A stretch of 64,000 bases of DNA from Callorhinchus milii (GCF_018977255.1 NW_024704742.1:14014001-14078000); one strand, 5' to 3'; numbered from the stretch's first letter, positions 50,461 through 63,395 are shown. A program made the numbers and translations. Notes: generated by a model from the sequence alone, not told the origin.

Positions 50461-51757
50461 CCTCCAAGGAAAGGAGAACATTTGCATAAACAAAGGAATA
50501 TCAATTTGAAAAAAAAATAATGTCTGAATTATTGAAAATCTAAAACTGTATGCTGCATGCAAATTATAATTTGATTACAGTGTTGAGAGGATTAATGTTT
50601 AAAATAGAAGACCATTTTGAGAAGCTAAAGCAAGAAAAGGCTATTTGTATTCATCTATAATCATAGGAATGGATAGATCTTTCTCAGTGTTGTACTTTTA
50701 AACACTGAGGATTATTGTAAATCAAATATGCCAATGACTACGTAACAGGGAATAGTCATATCAGTAATATCTGAATTTTTTTATAGTTTAGCATTTGTAA
50801 TTTGTAATTTGTAATTCTCACAACACAGAATAAAATGCATTATGAGATTTCTTTACCTTCAATATGCCTGTTGAAGAAGATAGATTAGCATTATCTGATT
50901 ATTGTTTACTGAACAGTTTTTTGTATATAACAAAACCCCTGTTGCTTCTCGCTCCTTGTGGTTTCCTCTATTAATAGAACAGCTCATGTTACTGTCTGAT
51001 TCTGAACAGTATTGTCTACTGTACCACAGTGTCATACAGGGGTTATATTGATCTGTCACCACAACTTTGTATAAGACTTATACCACCATGTAATCTGCAA
51101 AACAGCTACTGTTCAGATACTATCACATAAACTATATTTTACAAGAGAGTGTCTCACCCATCTTACAAAATGTCTAAACCATAGAAAAGGAGATATGCAT
51201 GTGGCTTCATTTGGATTTGTGGTTGTAATTGTGACTTGTGCTAACTAGCGAATGATCAAAAGATAGTGTTAGAGTAACAATCTATGAACAACAATTAGAG
51301 AAGATAAGGATCTTCAGCTTCGAACATAGACTTTTCAGAGAGGACCTTATAAAGATAAATGAGATTGAAAAAATAAACCCAGAACAATACTATGAGATGT
51401 ACCAAGACAGCAGAACAAGATGACACGGATTCAGAGTAAAGGGCAATTTCAGGACATCAATACGTATTTATTTACACAAAAGGTTGCTATTCTGAAAGCA
51501 TGAAATTGAAAAGGCTGAAAAGCCTTCTTCATCCAAACTGTTCTTATGATCTTGTGTGATACCCTGCTTCTCACTTATTTGGTTATTGTAAGACCTGTTG
51601 CTGAAATATGCTGGTTAGATGTCTTATGAAGAATAACACTTCCCAGGAGAGCTGGGAATAACCTTGGAAATGGCGAGCCTTGCCTCATTGTTGGGGGCAG
51701 CAAGGAGGAAAACACTTTGCCTTGCATCTTGCTTATGTCCCACTCGTTGAATGTTAA

Positions 51758-51819
51758 TCTTCTATCTATCTTCTTCTATAATAATAAAACGACAATGTCT
51801 GCCTGCCTGCCTGCCTGTA

Positions 51820-51850
<31 letters not shown>

Positions 51851-52498
51851 GCACGCTTCAAAAAGGTTCTCAATAATACCCGCATATTTGTTTTCGGGTA
51901 TCCCCTATCGTTCATCAGTTATGACCCAAAATGTATTTCAGTTTTGCAGTTTTTGCTGCGGTTACACCCGGTGGCCCCAGCGGCTGACCATGGCGCTGAG
52001 GCATCCTGCGTCACAGAGCACGCACGTAGCCAAGCGGTGGCAGGAACAAAATAATGACCACGGACAAAGCTAAGCCATGGTAACAACAACAAAATTGCAT
52101 TTTTAAAGCGCCTTTCACGTTGGGAGGATGTCCCAATCATTATAAATTACATATTTTTATTGATCATTATAAAGATGCCTCAGTGAAAATCAAACCTTTC
52201 AAGGATAAATAAAAATCCTCAACGAAAGAGAGAAGACCCATTAAATGAAACTGGAGAACAAAGAACAGGGCGGCTGTACTTCAATGCTGAAAGTACTGCA
52301 ACATCGCGGCAAAATGAATTGCCCCCTCAAAGAACAGCAGGGCCAAAATGAGTCCTCCCAGATGAGAATAGATAAATATATTTTTATTTTTAAGATGTCT
52401 GTTTGTGTGTCAATCTGTTTAAGATGTCTGTTTGTGTGTCAATCTACATTCCATATTGGATCCTTTGTTGCAAGCGAAGCTGCAACCGGTACAGCTAG
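51758..52498 (+). mobile_element. Non-autonomous Helitron
   Basis: 5' A|TC..tctataataataaaa followed by (GTCT)n; 3' hairpin gttgc-a-agc-gaa-gct-gcaac (52467-52486) followed by CTAG|T (52495-52499); no TSD. The 5' end is uncertain by about 10 nt. Confidence 0.85.
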
Positions 52499-52754
52499 TA
52501 TGTAAATAAGGCTACAATGCTTCATGGTCAGAGTGAAGCTATTGGCTGTAGTTGAGGAAAACAGAACAAAATTCATTCATACCAATTTGTCTCAGATATA
52601 TTTAATAGGACAACATTAATTCCCTAAAAAATTAATACCCTAAAAAATTCCCTAAAAAAGTTCCATTTAACTTCACACTATAGATTTCCCCACTGTGACC
52701 ATGTTATTTTGTTTCAGAAAGAGCAGTTTTAAACTGTGTCCAACCTTTAATATT

Positions 52755-53145
52755 TTTTGCATTTGGTATAGCACCTTAGCATATCCAAATGCTTAATATT
52801 TTTCTTCTGTAAAGGCAAATACAGCAGAAAATTTGTGTCCCAGGAATGGCCAAAAGAGAATGATCAACATAACCGGAAGATTGTTGGCCAGGACACCAGG
52901 AGAAACTCTCTTCATTTTTTATGTAGTGTCATGGGTTCTTTGACACACCTGTGGACAGGGAGGTGGGACCTTGGTTTAAAGTCTCATCTGAAGAATGACA
53001 TCTCCAACAATTGCAGTGCTCTCCCAATACTGCGCTGGAATGACAGCCAAAGCCATGAGTTCAAAGTTCTCAATACAGAACTTGAACCCACAACCTTTTA
53101 ACCCAGAAACAAGAGTGCTACCGACTAAGGTATTCTGACATCTTA
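52755..53145 (-). mobile_element. Deu-domain SINE
   Basis: gattgttggccaggacaccaggagaaac...ggtttaaagtctcatctgaagaatgac...cttgaacccacaacc...gagtgctaccgact. Confidence 0.8.
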
Positions 53146-54710
53146 AAAATAATCTAAACTAAAAATACAAATCAACATGTTTATGGTTTAGTTTATCGTA
53201 TTACTGTGCAGTGATTAGAAGAAGACTCATTATTAGTTTAATTTGTATCTCAGAACATCTTTTACAAAATCTTACACTTGTTTGCATTTCCACAACACTT
53301 CATTGAATCCACTGGTATTAAGGAAATAGATTTCAGTTAGCACCTGATTTTACGTCTCTCTGTGTATGTATTTAGCTTTAGCTATCTAGTACTTAGACAT
53401 TCTTTTACAAAGGATCGGGGACTTTTGTAGACAACATTGATCTATCCAAAAAGGAAAGGAAAACTTTAGTTTTTATCAACATTAAGTTCATATCATCATC
53501 TCATTAACTGTTCATAACTGTTCAGTTAATCAGTTCAAAGATGATGTTGATTTCATAGATTTCACTTGATTAAACTGAGAATAGCAACATGTTTATACTT
53601 CTCTTACTAGAAACATGAGACTGGAAATTCCAGTAGAAAAAATTGAAAGAGTTAATCTGAGCTAACTCTCAGTTAACATTTTTACAATGGTTAACTTATG
53701 CTTGGATATTCGGGTGGAGGGGGAAGCTGCACACATTCTCTAGTGCTGTCCAGCAAATGGGAAATGATGCCGTCAATCACAGTGGCATGTAAGGGGCCCT
53801 CTGACAGGGTAGGGAGGGACCTCAACAATGCCGTGGCACCTAGCAACCCAGCAAAGGGAAGAAGCTTCTTCTTGAGGCTGGAGCAAAGAGTGAACTACTT
53901 GCCTGGAAAACAGCATTTTCCTACAGTAAAAATCCAAATGATGTGCTATCAAGAGCAATGCTTCTTGTTAATATTATTTTATTAGCTCATGGGCATGCAA
54001 TGTTCTGCTCAGAATTCACACTCTTCGGCTGTGGATTTTTGTCCTGCTTTTTGTGTCACCAACCCCCCCATCCCACTGCTGTCAATCTCCCACACGGTAG
54101 TTTTGAACAGTAGGAAAATCTCCAAAAACATTACATCTACTTTATAGGAGGTAAATTAAGATTTATTGGGCCAGAGAGGAGCTCCTAACAACAAAATGTT
54201 ACAGCTATTTCCATTCATAAAAACAACAGAGAGGAAAAACCTGCGATACCTGTTAATAATGGTTTTGTTCTCCATGAGGCAGGGCTGAGGTTACCACCAA
54301 ACAGGGTAAGATGGAATCCTTACCACAATCTTCCACTCTGCTTTCTCATCATGGAGCTTTCCTGGAGTTAATTAGGAAGTCAGTCCCCAGATCACTGGAT
54401 GCCATTAGCAGCTTCAGTGAAAGGCTTTTCATCTGTTTAAAGAACTTTATGGTCCCATTGGAAGTATTGATTTGCTGAAGCCATTGAATTCTTATACTAC
54501 TTCTTATCTGCCATCTTTACCATTAGGCCCACTGTCCATCAAATCCAGCATTGAGATTCTGGAGAAGCTTGTTTGAGAGACACTTTCTGTTAATCAGGGC
54601 ACTGGTCAACCCTTTATCCAATTTGTTCATCTGCTCTGAAATTTACTAACAAACATGAACTTACTGGGTTATTAACAACTGATATAAATACAAGGATTAA
54701 AAAATATATA

Positions 54711-54791
54711 TAATATAAATATATAACATATATATTATAAATATTATGTATAATATAATATTTATAATATATATGTTATATATTTATATTA
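54711..54791. repeat. Perfect AT-rich palindrome, 37-bp arms and 7-nt spacer
   Basis: 54711-54747 (taatataaatatataacatatatattataaatattat) is the exact reverse complement of 54755-54791. Confidence 0.9.
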
Positions 54792-54928
54792 ATATATAAT
54801 ATATATAGTATAAATACATCAAATGTAAGGATTTAAAAAATGCAATATTATTTGCAGATGATACCATTTGTGAGGTCACAGTATAACATTTGATTGACAA
54901 AATTGCATCATTACTATAGCAGCTTACT

Positions 54929-55162
54929 GGGGAGTAATTCCATCTGTGCCAAGATTTGTTCTATTAACGTAGCATTTCAGAGTATCCAGAATTTGGCAGA
55001 TTCTTAAATGCAGCCTTTGTGTTCAAGCCAGTTTTCTGTTGAATTATTTTAATAAGTATAGAAAAAACAACTTCAAAGATAAAACCGAATGCAACAATTT
55101 GCCAAATTCTGGATGCTCTGAAATGCTAAACAGAGTAAATATGGACCCAGATGGAATTTCTC
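54929..55162. repeat. Fold-back (MITE-like) element
   Basis: tagcatttcagagtatccagaatttggcagatt pairs with aatttgccaaattctggatgctctgaaatgcta; the outer arm aattccatctgtgcca pairs with tggacccagatggaatt. Confidence 0.75.
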
Positions 55163-55558
55163 TCATGTTTAATTTAGTGATCAACATTTCCAATTGCATG
55201 TAGCAAACTTCTACAGAACACACAGGAAAATCACTTCAACTTACTTCAATCGCGGATCAAAGTGTGATTCATTTAAAGGAAAAGCTCTTTGCACCTCTAT
55301 CAGAATTTTTAAAAATTAAATGCGAAACACAAGACAACCACATGAATATAAGGCAGTAATTGGGCTGCGTAAACGTCACCCATCTTATAATGGGGTGAGC
55401 TTAATTGTGGCTGCTGATCATGTTTCCGTCACTGCAGGGAAACCAATCCAGAGCTTTACAGCTGATCACTGTGCATAGAGGCCTGGTGTAAAGTTATTGG
55501 AAGAAAAACTTGAGAATTCTCTGTAGTCACTAAATTGATGATACTCACTGTTCTGACT

Positions 55559-56513
55559 CACAACAGCAACAATAACTTAAATTTATATAGCACCCTTCAT
55601 GCAGGGTAGCATCTCGGAGCACAGGAGACACTTTTCTTGGCTGAGATCCTGGAGGGGACGGGTGTGAGGGCGAGAGAGGGGGTGGTCAGCATCCTTAACA
55701 TAAGATAACATAACATAACAAACATAACATAACATAGCATAACAACAAAACATAACATAACATGTAGGAGCAGGAGTAGGCCATTCAGCCTTCGAGCCTG
55801 CCCCACCATTCAATCATGGCTGATCATCTAATCTAACTCCAGCTAATAACCTGACCCTGCCTTATCCTCATATCCCTTAATCCCTTTGGAATAAGAAATA
55901 TATCTATCTCAGTCTTGAATATGTTCAAGGACTGAGCGTCAAAAGCCCTTTGGGGTAGTGAGTTCCATACATTCACCACCCTTTGAGTGAAGAAGTTCTT
56001 CCTCAACTCAGTGCAAAAGGGCTGACCTCTGACTTTAAGGTTGTGATCCCTGGTTTTAGTTTCTCCAACCAGGGGAAACAATCTCCCATTATCTACTCTA
56101 TAATGCCCTTTGATGATCTTATAGGTTTCTCTAAGATCCCCTCTACTTCTTCTATATTCAAGATAACATAGGCCCAAATTGATCAGCCTATCCTCGTAAC
56201 TCATCCCCTTCATCCCTGGTACTAACCTATTAAATCTACGCTGCACTCCCTCCAAAGCAAGTACATCCTTCCTTAAATAAGGAGACCAAAACTGGACGCA
56301 GTATTCCAGGTGTGGTCTCACCAGGGCCCTATACAGTTGAGGCAAGACTTCCGTACTATTATACTCTAATCCTTTCATAATGAATGCTAACATACTGTTC
56401 GCCTTCCTAATTGTTGCTGCACCTGCAGACTAACTTTCTGTGATTGGTGTACAACGGCACCCAAGTCCCTCTGGACGCTAACACATTCCAATCTCTCCCC
56501 TTCTAAAAAATAA
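55559..56513 (-). mobile_element. CR1 3' segment plus 85-nt extension plus L2 type-B tail
   Basis: ORF 55833..56393 is the CR1 C-terminus (RPHLEYCVQFWSP). It is followed by (ATGTT)n at 55697-55763, an extension nearly identical to 41236-41320, and then gctaccctgcatgaagggtgctatataaa...gttgctgttg. Confidence 0.93.
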
Positions 56514-56930
56514 ATGTGGGTCTACTTCAGTCAGATACGGGAGAAGTTGTAATGGGGGATAAGGACATGGCAGAGTCCCTAAATGGGTACTTTGCATCTG
56601 TCTTCACCCTAGAAGACACAACAAGTTTGTCAACAATAGACATGCACCAAGGGGATAAGGACACGGAGCAACTTAGGGAAATTTTTGATTAGTAGAGAAT
56701 TGGTGCTAGGGAAACTGTTAGCACTAAAAAGTGACAAATCCCCTGGTCCGGATGGCTTGCATCCCAGGGTTTTAAAAGAGGTAGCTTATGAGACAGTGGA
56801 GGCCTTGTGTCTGATCTTCCAAAATTCCTTGGATTCTGGAACAGTCCCCATGGATTGGAAGATTGCAAATGTCATGCCACTATTTAAAAAAGGTGGAAAG
56901 GAAAAGATGGGGAACAGTAGGCCAGTTAGT
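56511..56930 (+). mobile_element. Inverted 5' segment of the same CR1 insertion
   Basis: Highly similar to 39910-40323 (KSPGPDGLHPRVLKE, DWKIANV); abuts the minus-strand segment with no spacer. Confidence 0.9.
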
Positions 56931-57569
56931 GATTGGAAAAATTTGTTAACAATCTGATATATGTGTTAATCCCAGCAGGTTGCTATTGTCTCTACATTAT
57001 GCAGGGAGGTTGAAGTATAAATTGTTGCATGGGGGAATTCTGGACACATACTAGGAATTTTTTCTTTACACAGAGAATAATTTACTACTGGAACATATTG
57101 CCAGAAAGAATGGTTAAGGCCAAGACACTGGACTCATTAAAATAGCAGCTTGACACTGTGATGGGAAGACTGTGGAGTGGGTGTTCTGGGCCTTCTTCTT
57201 CCAAATCAATCTTGTGTGTGCAATGAATTGAGGATGAAGTAGCTGTCTTAACTTCGGTGTGATGTCACAGTGATTTTCATTTATTTTTCTGCATATTTTC
57301 TTATTAATCTCCTCCCTTATTTTGCTAATCATTTGGATTGTACTTTAATGTGGCATAGTTTGAGTGACTATGGGTCTGTTATGAGAAGAGTGCCTTTTTA
57401 CAAAGACGAAATTGTCCAGATTAAGTATCAATTGTTTTTTAATCATTTTGCTTGAAATTTGATTAATATAAAAACAATCTGACTAGTTTCAGAAATTAGT
57501 ATCCAACATCATTTGGGAGAGACATTAAATCAAAGCACCTTTGCCTTATTCAGGTAAATATTAGTGATA

Positions 57570-59290
57570 TCTAGCCACTATTCATGCCAGGTATCTAAAA
57601 TCATGAGGGTATTGGTAGAGTCAATAGGAAGAAATTATTTCCACTGGACGGTTAGTTGGTAACTGGAGGGTGTCAATATACGATTGGTGGCAAACAACAA
57701 CAACAACAAGATTTCATTTGTATAGCGCCTTTCATGTCGGGAGGACTTCCCAAGGCGCTGGACAGTGTACAGCGTTTCAGACCCGAGCTGGGGTCAGGGG
57801 GGAGAGGGGAGGGGAGGGGAAGGGGTTGGCCGATGGCACGGTTGAAGAGGAGGGTCTTGAGGCAGGACTTGAAGGAGGGGGTGAGGTAGAGTGACTGGAG
57901 AATGGAATTCCAGAGGTTGGGGGCAGAGTGGCTGAAGACTCTCCCGCCAATGGTGGGGCGGGTGGGTCGGGGGATGTGGAACAGGCCGGAACCGGCTGAG
58001 CGGACGGAGTGGGCGGGTTGGTAGAGGGTTAGGAGATCACAGAGGTAGGGTTGGGCGAGGCCATGGAGGGCTTTGTATTTGAGGACCAGGATCTTGAAAA
58101 CTGGATCCTCTGAAGGATAGGGAGTCAATGGAGTCAGGCGAGAATGGGGAAATGGGGTCACGGAGTTTGGTGCGGGAGAGGACACGGGCTGCAGAGTTCC
58201 AGATTATCTACAGCCTATGGAGGGAGGTGTTGGGAAGGCCAACAAGCAGTGCGCTTGCATCGTCGAGCCTGGAGGTGATGAAGGCATGAACAAAGTTTCA
58301 GCGGCCTGAGGGGTGAAGTAGTGGCGGAGTCGGGCGATATTACAGAGGTGAGGGAAGGCAGAGCGGATCATGGTTTGGATGTGGGGAAGAAAAGACAGTT
58401 GAGAGTCGAACAAGACACCGAGGTTCCTGACTGGCTTGGTGAGTTGTAGTGCGCAACCATGGAGGTTGATGCTGCCAGAGCCTCAGGTGCAGAGGCGCTG
58501 GCGCGAGCCAATCAGGAAGGCCTCAGTCTTGTTCACATTCAACTATAGGAAATTTCCCCTCATCCAGGACAGGCAGTCTGTCAGGACAGCAATGGTCCTG
58601 GAGTTGAGGGTGGAGGCAGAAAGATAGAGTTGGGTGTCAGCCATATGTGGAAGTTGACCCCATGTTTGCGGATAATGTCACCAAGGGTGTGTGTGTAGAT
58701 ATTAAAGAGGAGAGGGCCAAGGACAGAGCCCTGGGGGACGCCAGATGTGACAGTGCGGGAGCTGGAGGACAAACCGTGAGAGGCAATAAAGTGGAGACAG
58801 TGAGAGGGATAGGAATCAAACCAGGCAAGGGTAGGTCCGTGAAGATTGAGTAAAACGGAGAGGTGGTGTATGAGGATGGAGTGGTCGAGGAGGACAAGGA
58901 GGCAGAGGGAGCCCTGATCACAGATGTTCAGAATGTCATTAGTGACTTTGACCAGGGCTGTTTCCGTGCTATGGGCAACACGGAAGCTGGATTGGCGGGG
59001 TTCAAAGAGTGAATGGAGAGAGAGAAAAGAAACAAGCAAATGGGGAGGTTAGGAGAAATTGTTTTTATGCACAGAGTAGTTACGATACGAAATGCCCTAC
59101 TGGGACAGATGGTTGAGGCAGAACACAAATGAGCTTTCAGAAGTGACCTAGGTACATTTCTAAAAAAGTGTAAAATGCAGGAGTACGAGAAAAGACAGGT
59201 AAATGGGACTGAAGTGATTACTCTTAAAAACGCCAGCGCAGACACAATGGCCTTCTTCTATGCTGTAAATTTATATGGTTCTGTGGTATT
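57570..59290 (+). mobile_element. Old CR1 3' end split by an L2 insertion (CR1 parts about 57570-57692 and 59031-59290)
   Basis: aaaatcatgagg...ttatttccactg continues after the L2 as ggaggttaggagaaat..acagagtagtt..tggttgaggcag. Confidence 0.7.
57693..59030 (-). mobile_element. 5'-truncated L2 LINE (tail type A)
   Basis: HSTETALVKVTND, GVPQGSVLGP and C-terminal motifs, ending in (TTG)n; frameshifted. Confidence 0.95.
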
Positions 59291-60122
59291 TTGAAGAAGG
59301 AACAAGGGCTGCTCTTTATTGCCAATATTCTGTCCTCACCTCCAAAGTAACTACTGATCTCCAGTGTCTTGGGACGTCCTCCTGACGTGAAAGGCACTAT
59401 ACAAATGTTGTTGTTGTTCATTGGCCATTCACTTGTGGGGCATGCTGGTGCAGATAAAGGCTACCTTTGCCTACTTATCTCAAGTGTGTGGGATTGTGTG
59501 CCACAGGGCTCCAGAAGGTTAATAAGAAGTCCTATTCAATAGCCAATACATCTGTAATGGCATACACTGATATCAGAAATTATAATGTATTGGCAGTTAT
59601 GTGAGAACAGCTGGACAAAAGTCCATTGTGATCTACACAGCGGAAGGTCAGCATCAGCCTGAACTTTATTCAGAACTAACAAGGTAGGAAAAGATCAGGA
59701 ATAATATTTTAATACAATGCTCTTTCAAGTGCTGTACACTGTGGCACAATATCAAAGAAGGGTATTAAAGTATAAGGGAGCCACATCCAATATTCTTCAG
59801 TCTGCCGATAGCTTTTGGAGGAAAAACAAATGACTTACAAGGTTTGTGAACTTTGGCCATGCATTCAGCCGTCACTATGATTGGCCAAATCGTCGAACAG
59901 TTCTTCAATCTTTAGGTATTCGCCACTTTTACTCGTCTTTCAGTCTTTCATTTGTAAAAGCAAAAAATATTCTTTTTATTATTTTCACTTGTTTAGACTT
60001 AACTAAGGCCTTTTTGTTTTTCCTATCATTTAGTGCTTGCATTTTTTGTATCATTTCTGGCTATCTTTAATTCATTGCACTATTTTATCAATAATCTTAT
60101 TTTGGTTTAATTTGAAAACACA

Positions 60123-60337
60123 AATAATAATAATAATAATAATCCTTGCATTTGATATAACGCTTTTCACGTCGGGAGAACGTTCCAAAGCGCTTCACAG
60201 AATATACTGTAAAGTGAATTGACTGTATATTTGTGGGCGAACGCGGCAGCCAATTGCGCACAACAATGTCCCACAAACAGTCGTAGATTGAAAATGACCA
60301 ATTTATTATTGGTTTTGGAGGGATTATTATTAGGCGT
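60123..60337 (-). mobile_element. tRNA-Ala SINE, 5'-truncated
   Basis: Body and tail match the young copies; the head is absent. Confidence 0.9.
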
Positions 60338-60374
60338 GAATAGCCATGAAAGGAGATGTGAAGAAGAGAAAATG

Positions 60375-60645
60375 TGAGTGGAAAATGATCCCATCTATCT
60401 GATGAACAATAAAAATTCTATGACACTTTTTGAAAAGAGAACGGAGCTTCTCCCAGTGTCCTGGCTAACAATCCCCCAGATAATATTGGTGCTACCTGAC
60501 TGTTTATGGGATATTGCTATGCACAAATTGGCTGCCGCATTCACCTACAAATTACACAGCCACTACATTTTACAGTAAACCATATGAAGTACTTTGAGAA
60601 GTGATAAGGTACTATATCTAATGCAAACATTATTATTTATTATTG
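60375..60645 (+). mobile_element. Deu-domain SINE 3' part
   Basis: ttctcccagtgtcctggctaacaatcccc...gcacaaattggctgccgc...tail. Confidence 0.7.
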
Positions 60646-61784
60646 TGGAGGTGAAAATCAGCCAAGATTCCTGTACCTGATCACTATGCAGTCTCCGTTA
60701 CTGGGTGTTCGGTGAGGACAATATCAAGTTTGGTTGTGAGACCTTGGTGGCCAATATTCTGTCAACTGTCACTGAAAAGACTCACGTGTGGATAACTGTT
60801 GACTAGGGTGAGATGCTAAAGGACATCTGAACCCTGAGGGACCATACCTCACTGGAGTCAAATAACTTTAGGGGAGGTGACAGAGAAAATACAAATTGCA
60901 GTTTAATATTTAACACATCATGATGATTTGAACTTGTGCTTTATGTAAATGCGTCATGACACACTCTGTAATAGTCATCATTGAACAGTACCAAAGATGT
61001 GCGTGCACTGTAGTGTGAATTTGAAGACAGGCCAGCTGATTGAAGAATGAGACCACAGGCAAATGTGAGCATTGCCTTGATTCCAGCTTCACAACATTGA
61101 ATAATGTGATGAATGAGCAGTGTGAAGTGTCAACATAACTGTGAGCTTTCCTGAAATTTGAACAGAGAAGCCATTCTTGAGGCAACAGCTGAGCAGCCTA
61201 TTTGAACACTGTAATGTCTCACAAACAGTTATGAAGTGAATGACCAAATTTTATCTGGGGATTGTTGACCAGGACACAAGAAGAAACTTCCTTCTTTTTT
61301 CGAATAGTCCCATGAGATCTTTAATGGCCACCTGAGCAGTCAGATGGGAACTTGGTTTTGACGACTCATCCAAAGGATGGCCCGTTCAACAATGAAGCAC
61401 AGTGGAATGAAAGCTTTGATTGTCAGATCATAGTCCTGACATGGGACATGAACCCACAACCCTCTGATTATCACGATTGGTGACAGAAATTCATATGTTT
61501 TCAGTAATAAAGAGGACACACTGCCTTGCTGCTGAGGAGGGAAAGGAAGTGAAGCTCGCTTTTCAAGTATTGGCGTTATATGAAGCATAACATTTAATCA
61601 TTGTAACTTTAGAGCACTTTCATCTTCTGATATAATGTGCTTTAATTATGATGCACTGTTGTGTTAAATGGACCTCCCTCCCTCCAACTCATGGGTGGAG
61701 GTCCATCAAACACAACAGCTGACATTCCAGGAGGGTGTCTCAAAGAGCTTCACAGGATATTACTGTAAAGTGGAGTGCTGAGGG

Positions 61785-62128
61785 TATTAGACATTGTTGG
61801 AGGTGCAATATTTCGGATAAGACATTAAATCAACTATTTATTGTCTGTCTATTCAGGTGCACGTTAATGATCCCATGTCACTATTGAAAAAAAGAAGGAA
61901 GTTTCTTCCTTTCCCTCCTCAGCAGCAAGTATCCTAACCGATAATCACCCAAATAGAATTTGTTATTCACTCCATGGCTATTCATGGTACATTGCTGTGT
62001 GCAAAATTGGCAGCCACATTTCCCCACAAAATACACACCACTTTACAGTAATATTTTGTGAAGCTCTTTGAGACACCCTTCTGACGTGAAAGGTGCTATA
62101 CAAAATGCAAGGATTAGTATTATTATAA
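61785..62128 (+). mobile_element. Deu-domain SINE
   Basis: ttggaggtgc..ttcggataagacatt..caggtgcacgttaatgatcccatg...tgacgtgaaaggtgctata. Confidence 0.75.
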
Positions 62129-62634
62129 CAAAATTACACTGTATGCGTAGTAGAAGCCATATGATGTTTCTTACATAGGGTGCAGTGATGATGGTTAAGT
62201 AGCATGATTTTAGCTTAATAGGTTTTGTAGAGTAAATGTTGGTGATTTCTTGCAAAATACTTCCTTTTTGGAATATTGATTTATTTTTACAGTGCACATG
62301 ACATATAAAAATGTTGCACTCAATATAAGTAGATTAAAAGCTATGAAAATATTACTGGTTTAGGATACGGTATTCTTTGCACATTGGGACGGAGATAGCA
62401 GAAGATCACAGAACGACTGTTACATCTGTTGCTAAAGATTATGATTCTCTTCAGTTGTGAAACTCCACATAGGACAATAATCTATAATAATAATAATAAT
62501 AAATAATAATATGTATGCATCTTCTAGTGAGATCTGAGCAGCAAAAATGGACTTTCCTCACAATGCGTTTATTGGAATGGAATGCACACTCTCTCCATGG
62601 AGGGATGCATCCTGCTTACCTAATTCCAGAAAGT

Positions 62635-63395
62635 ATTAATCTACAAGATTGCACACTCCACCTCATGGAGCCAGTGTGGAACTTCAGTGTCTTGTTCGAC
62701 TCTCATCTGTCCTCTAAACCCCACATTTATGCCTTGATATATTCAGCTCTCCCCCACCTCCACAACATTGCCCCCTTCATCACTAACTCTCCGCTCAGGT
62801 CATCAATACTCTTATCCATGTTTTTATCACATAGACAAGCTACAGATCATTTAGATCTGTGCAGTTTGTGTCCTTTTTAGTACCAGGCTCCATAAACCTA
62901 TCAACCTCATTACCTCTATCTTCACCCAGCTCCACTGGCTCTCCATCCCCCAGATGATCAAGTTCAAGATCCTCATCCTCACATTTAAATCCTTCCATGG
63001 TCTTACCCCACACTTCCACTGTGACTTTCTAAATCCCTACCAATCTCCCTGCTCCCTCACCTTGGCAGGTACTGGCCGACTTTACATCACCCGCCATGAC
63101 CACACCACCATCAGTGTTCAAACTTTCTGTCTCCACTCTCTGGAACTCCATCCCAGAGTTCCTTCACCTTGTCCCTCCCCTGGTCTCCTTCAAGGTTCAT
63201 CTAAAGACCTTTCTCTTGCACCACGCCTTCAGTCATCATCTGCCTCCCACCCCTCCCAAATCCAACCTACAACTCAGATGCAGACTCTTAACTGTCCAGC
63301 TCCTTGGGGTGTCCTCCTGATATATAAATATAATTTATGCAAATACCATTTATATATAAATGCAATTTTTATATATATGCAATTTGTTGTTGTTG
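62635..63395 (+). mobile_element. Old L2 3' fragment
   Basis: PVWNFSVLFDS, LHWL..IKFKIL, LWNSIP and a (TTG)n end. Confidence 0.85.

Noticed and set aside
60910..61185. 91-aa minus-strand ORF with a good acceptor at about 61151
   Set aside because: No recognisable domain or convincing donor; the length is within chance expectation.
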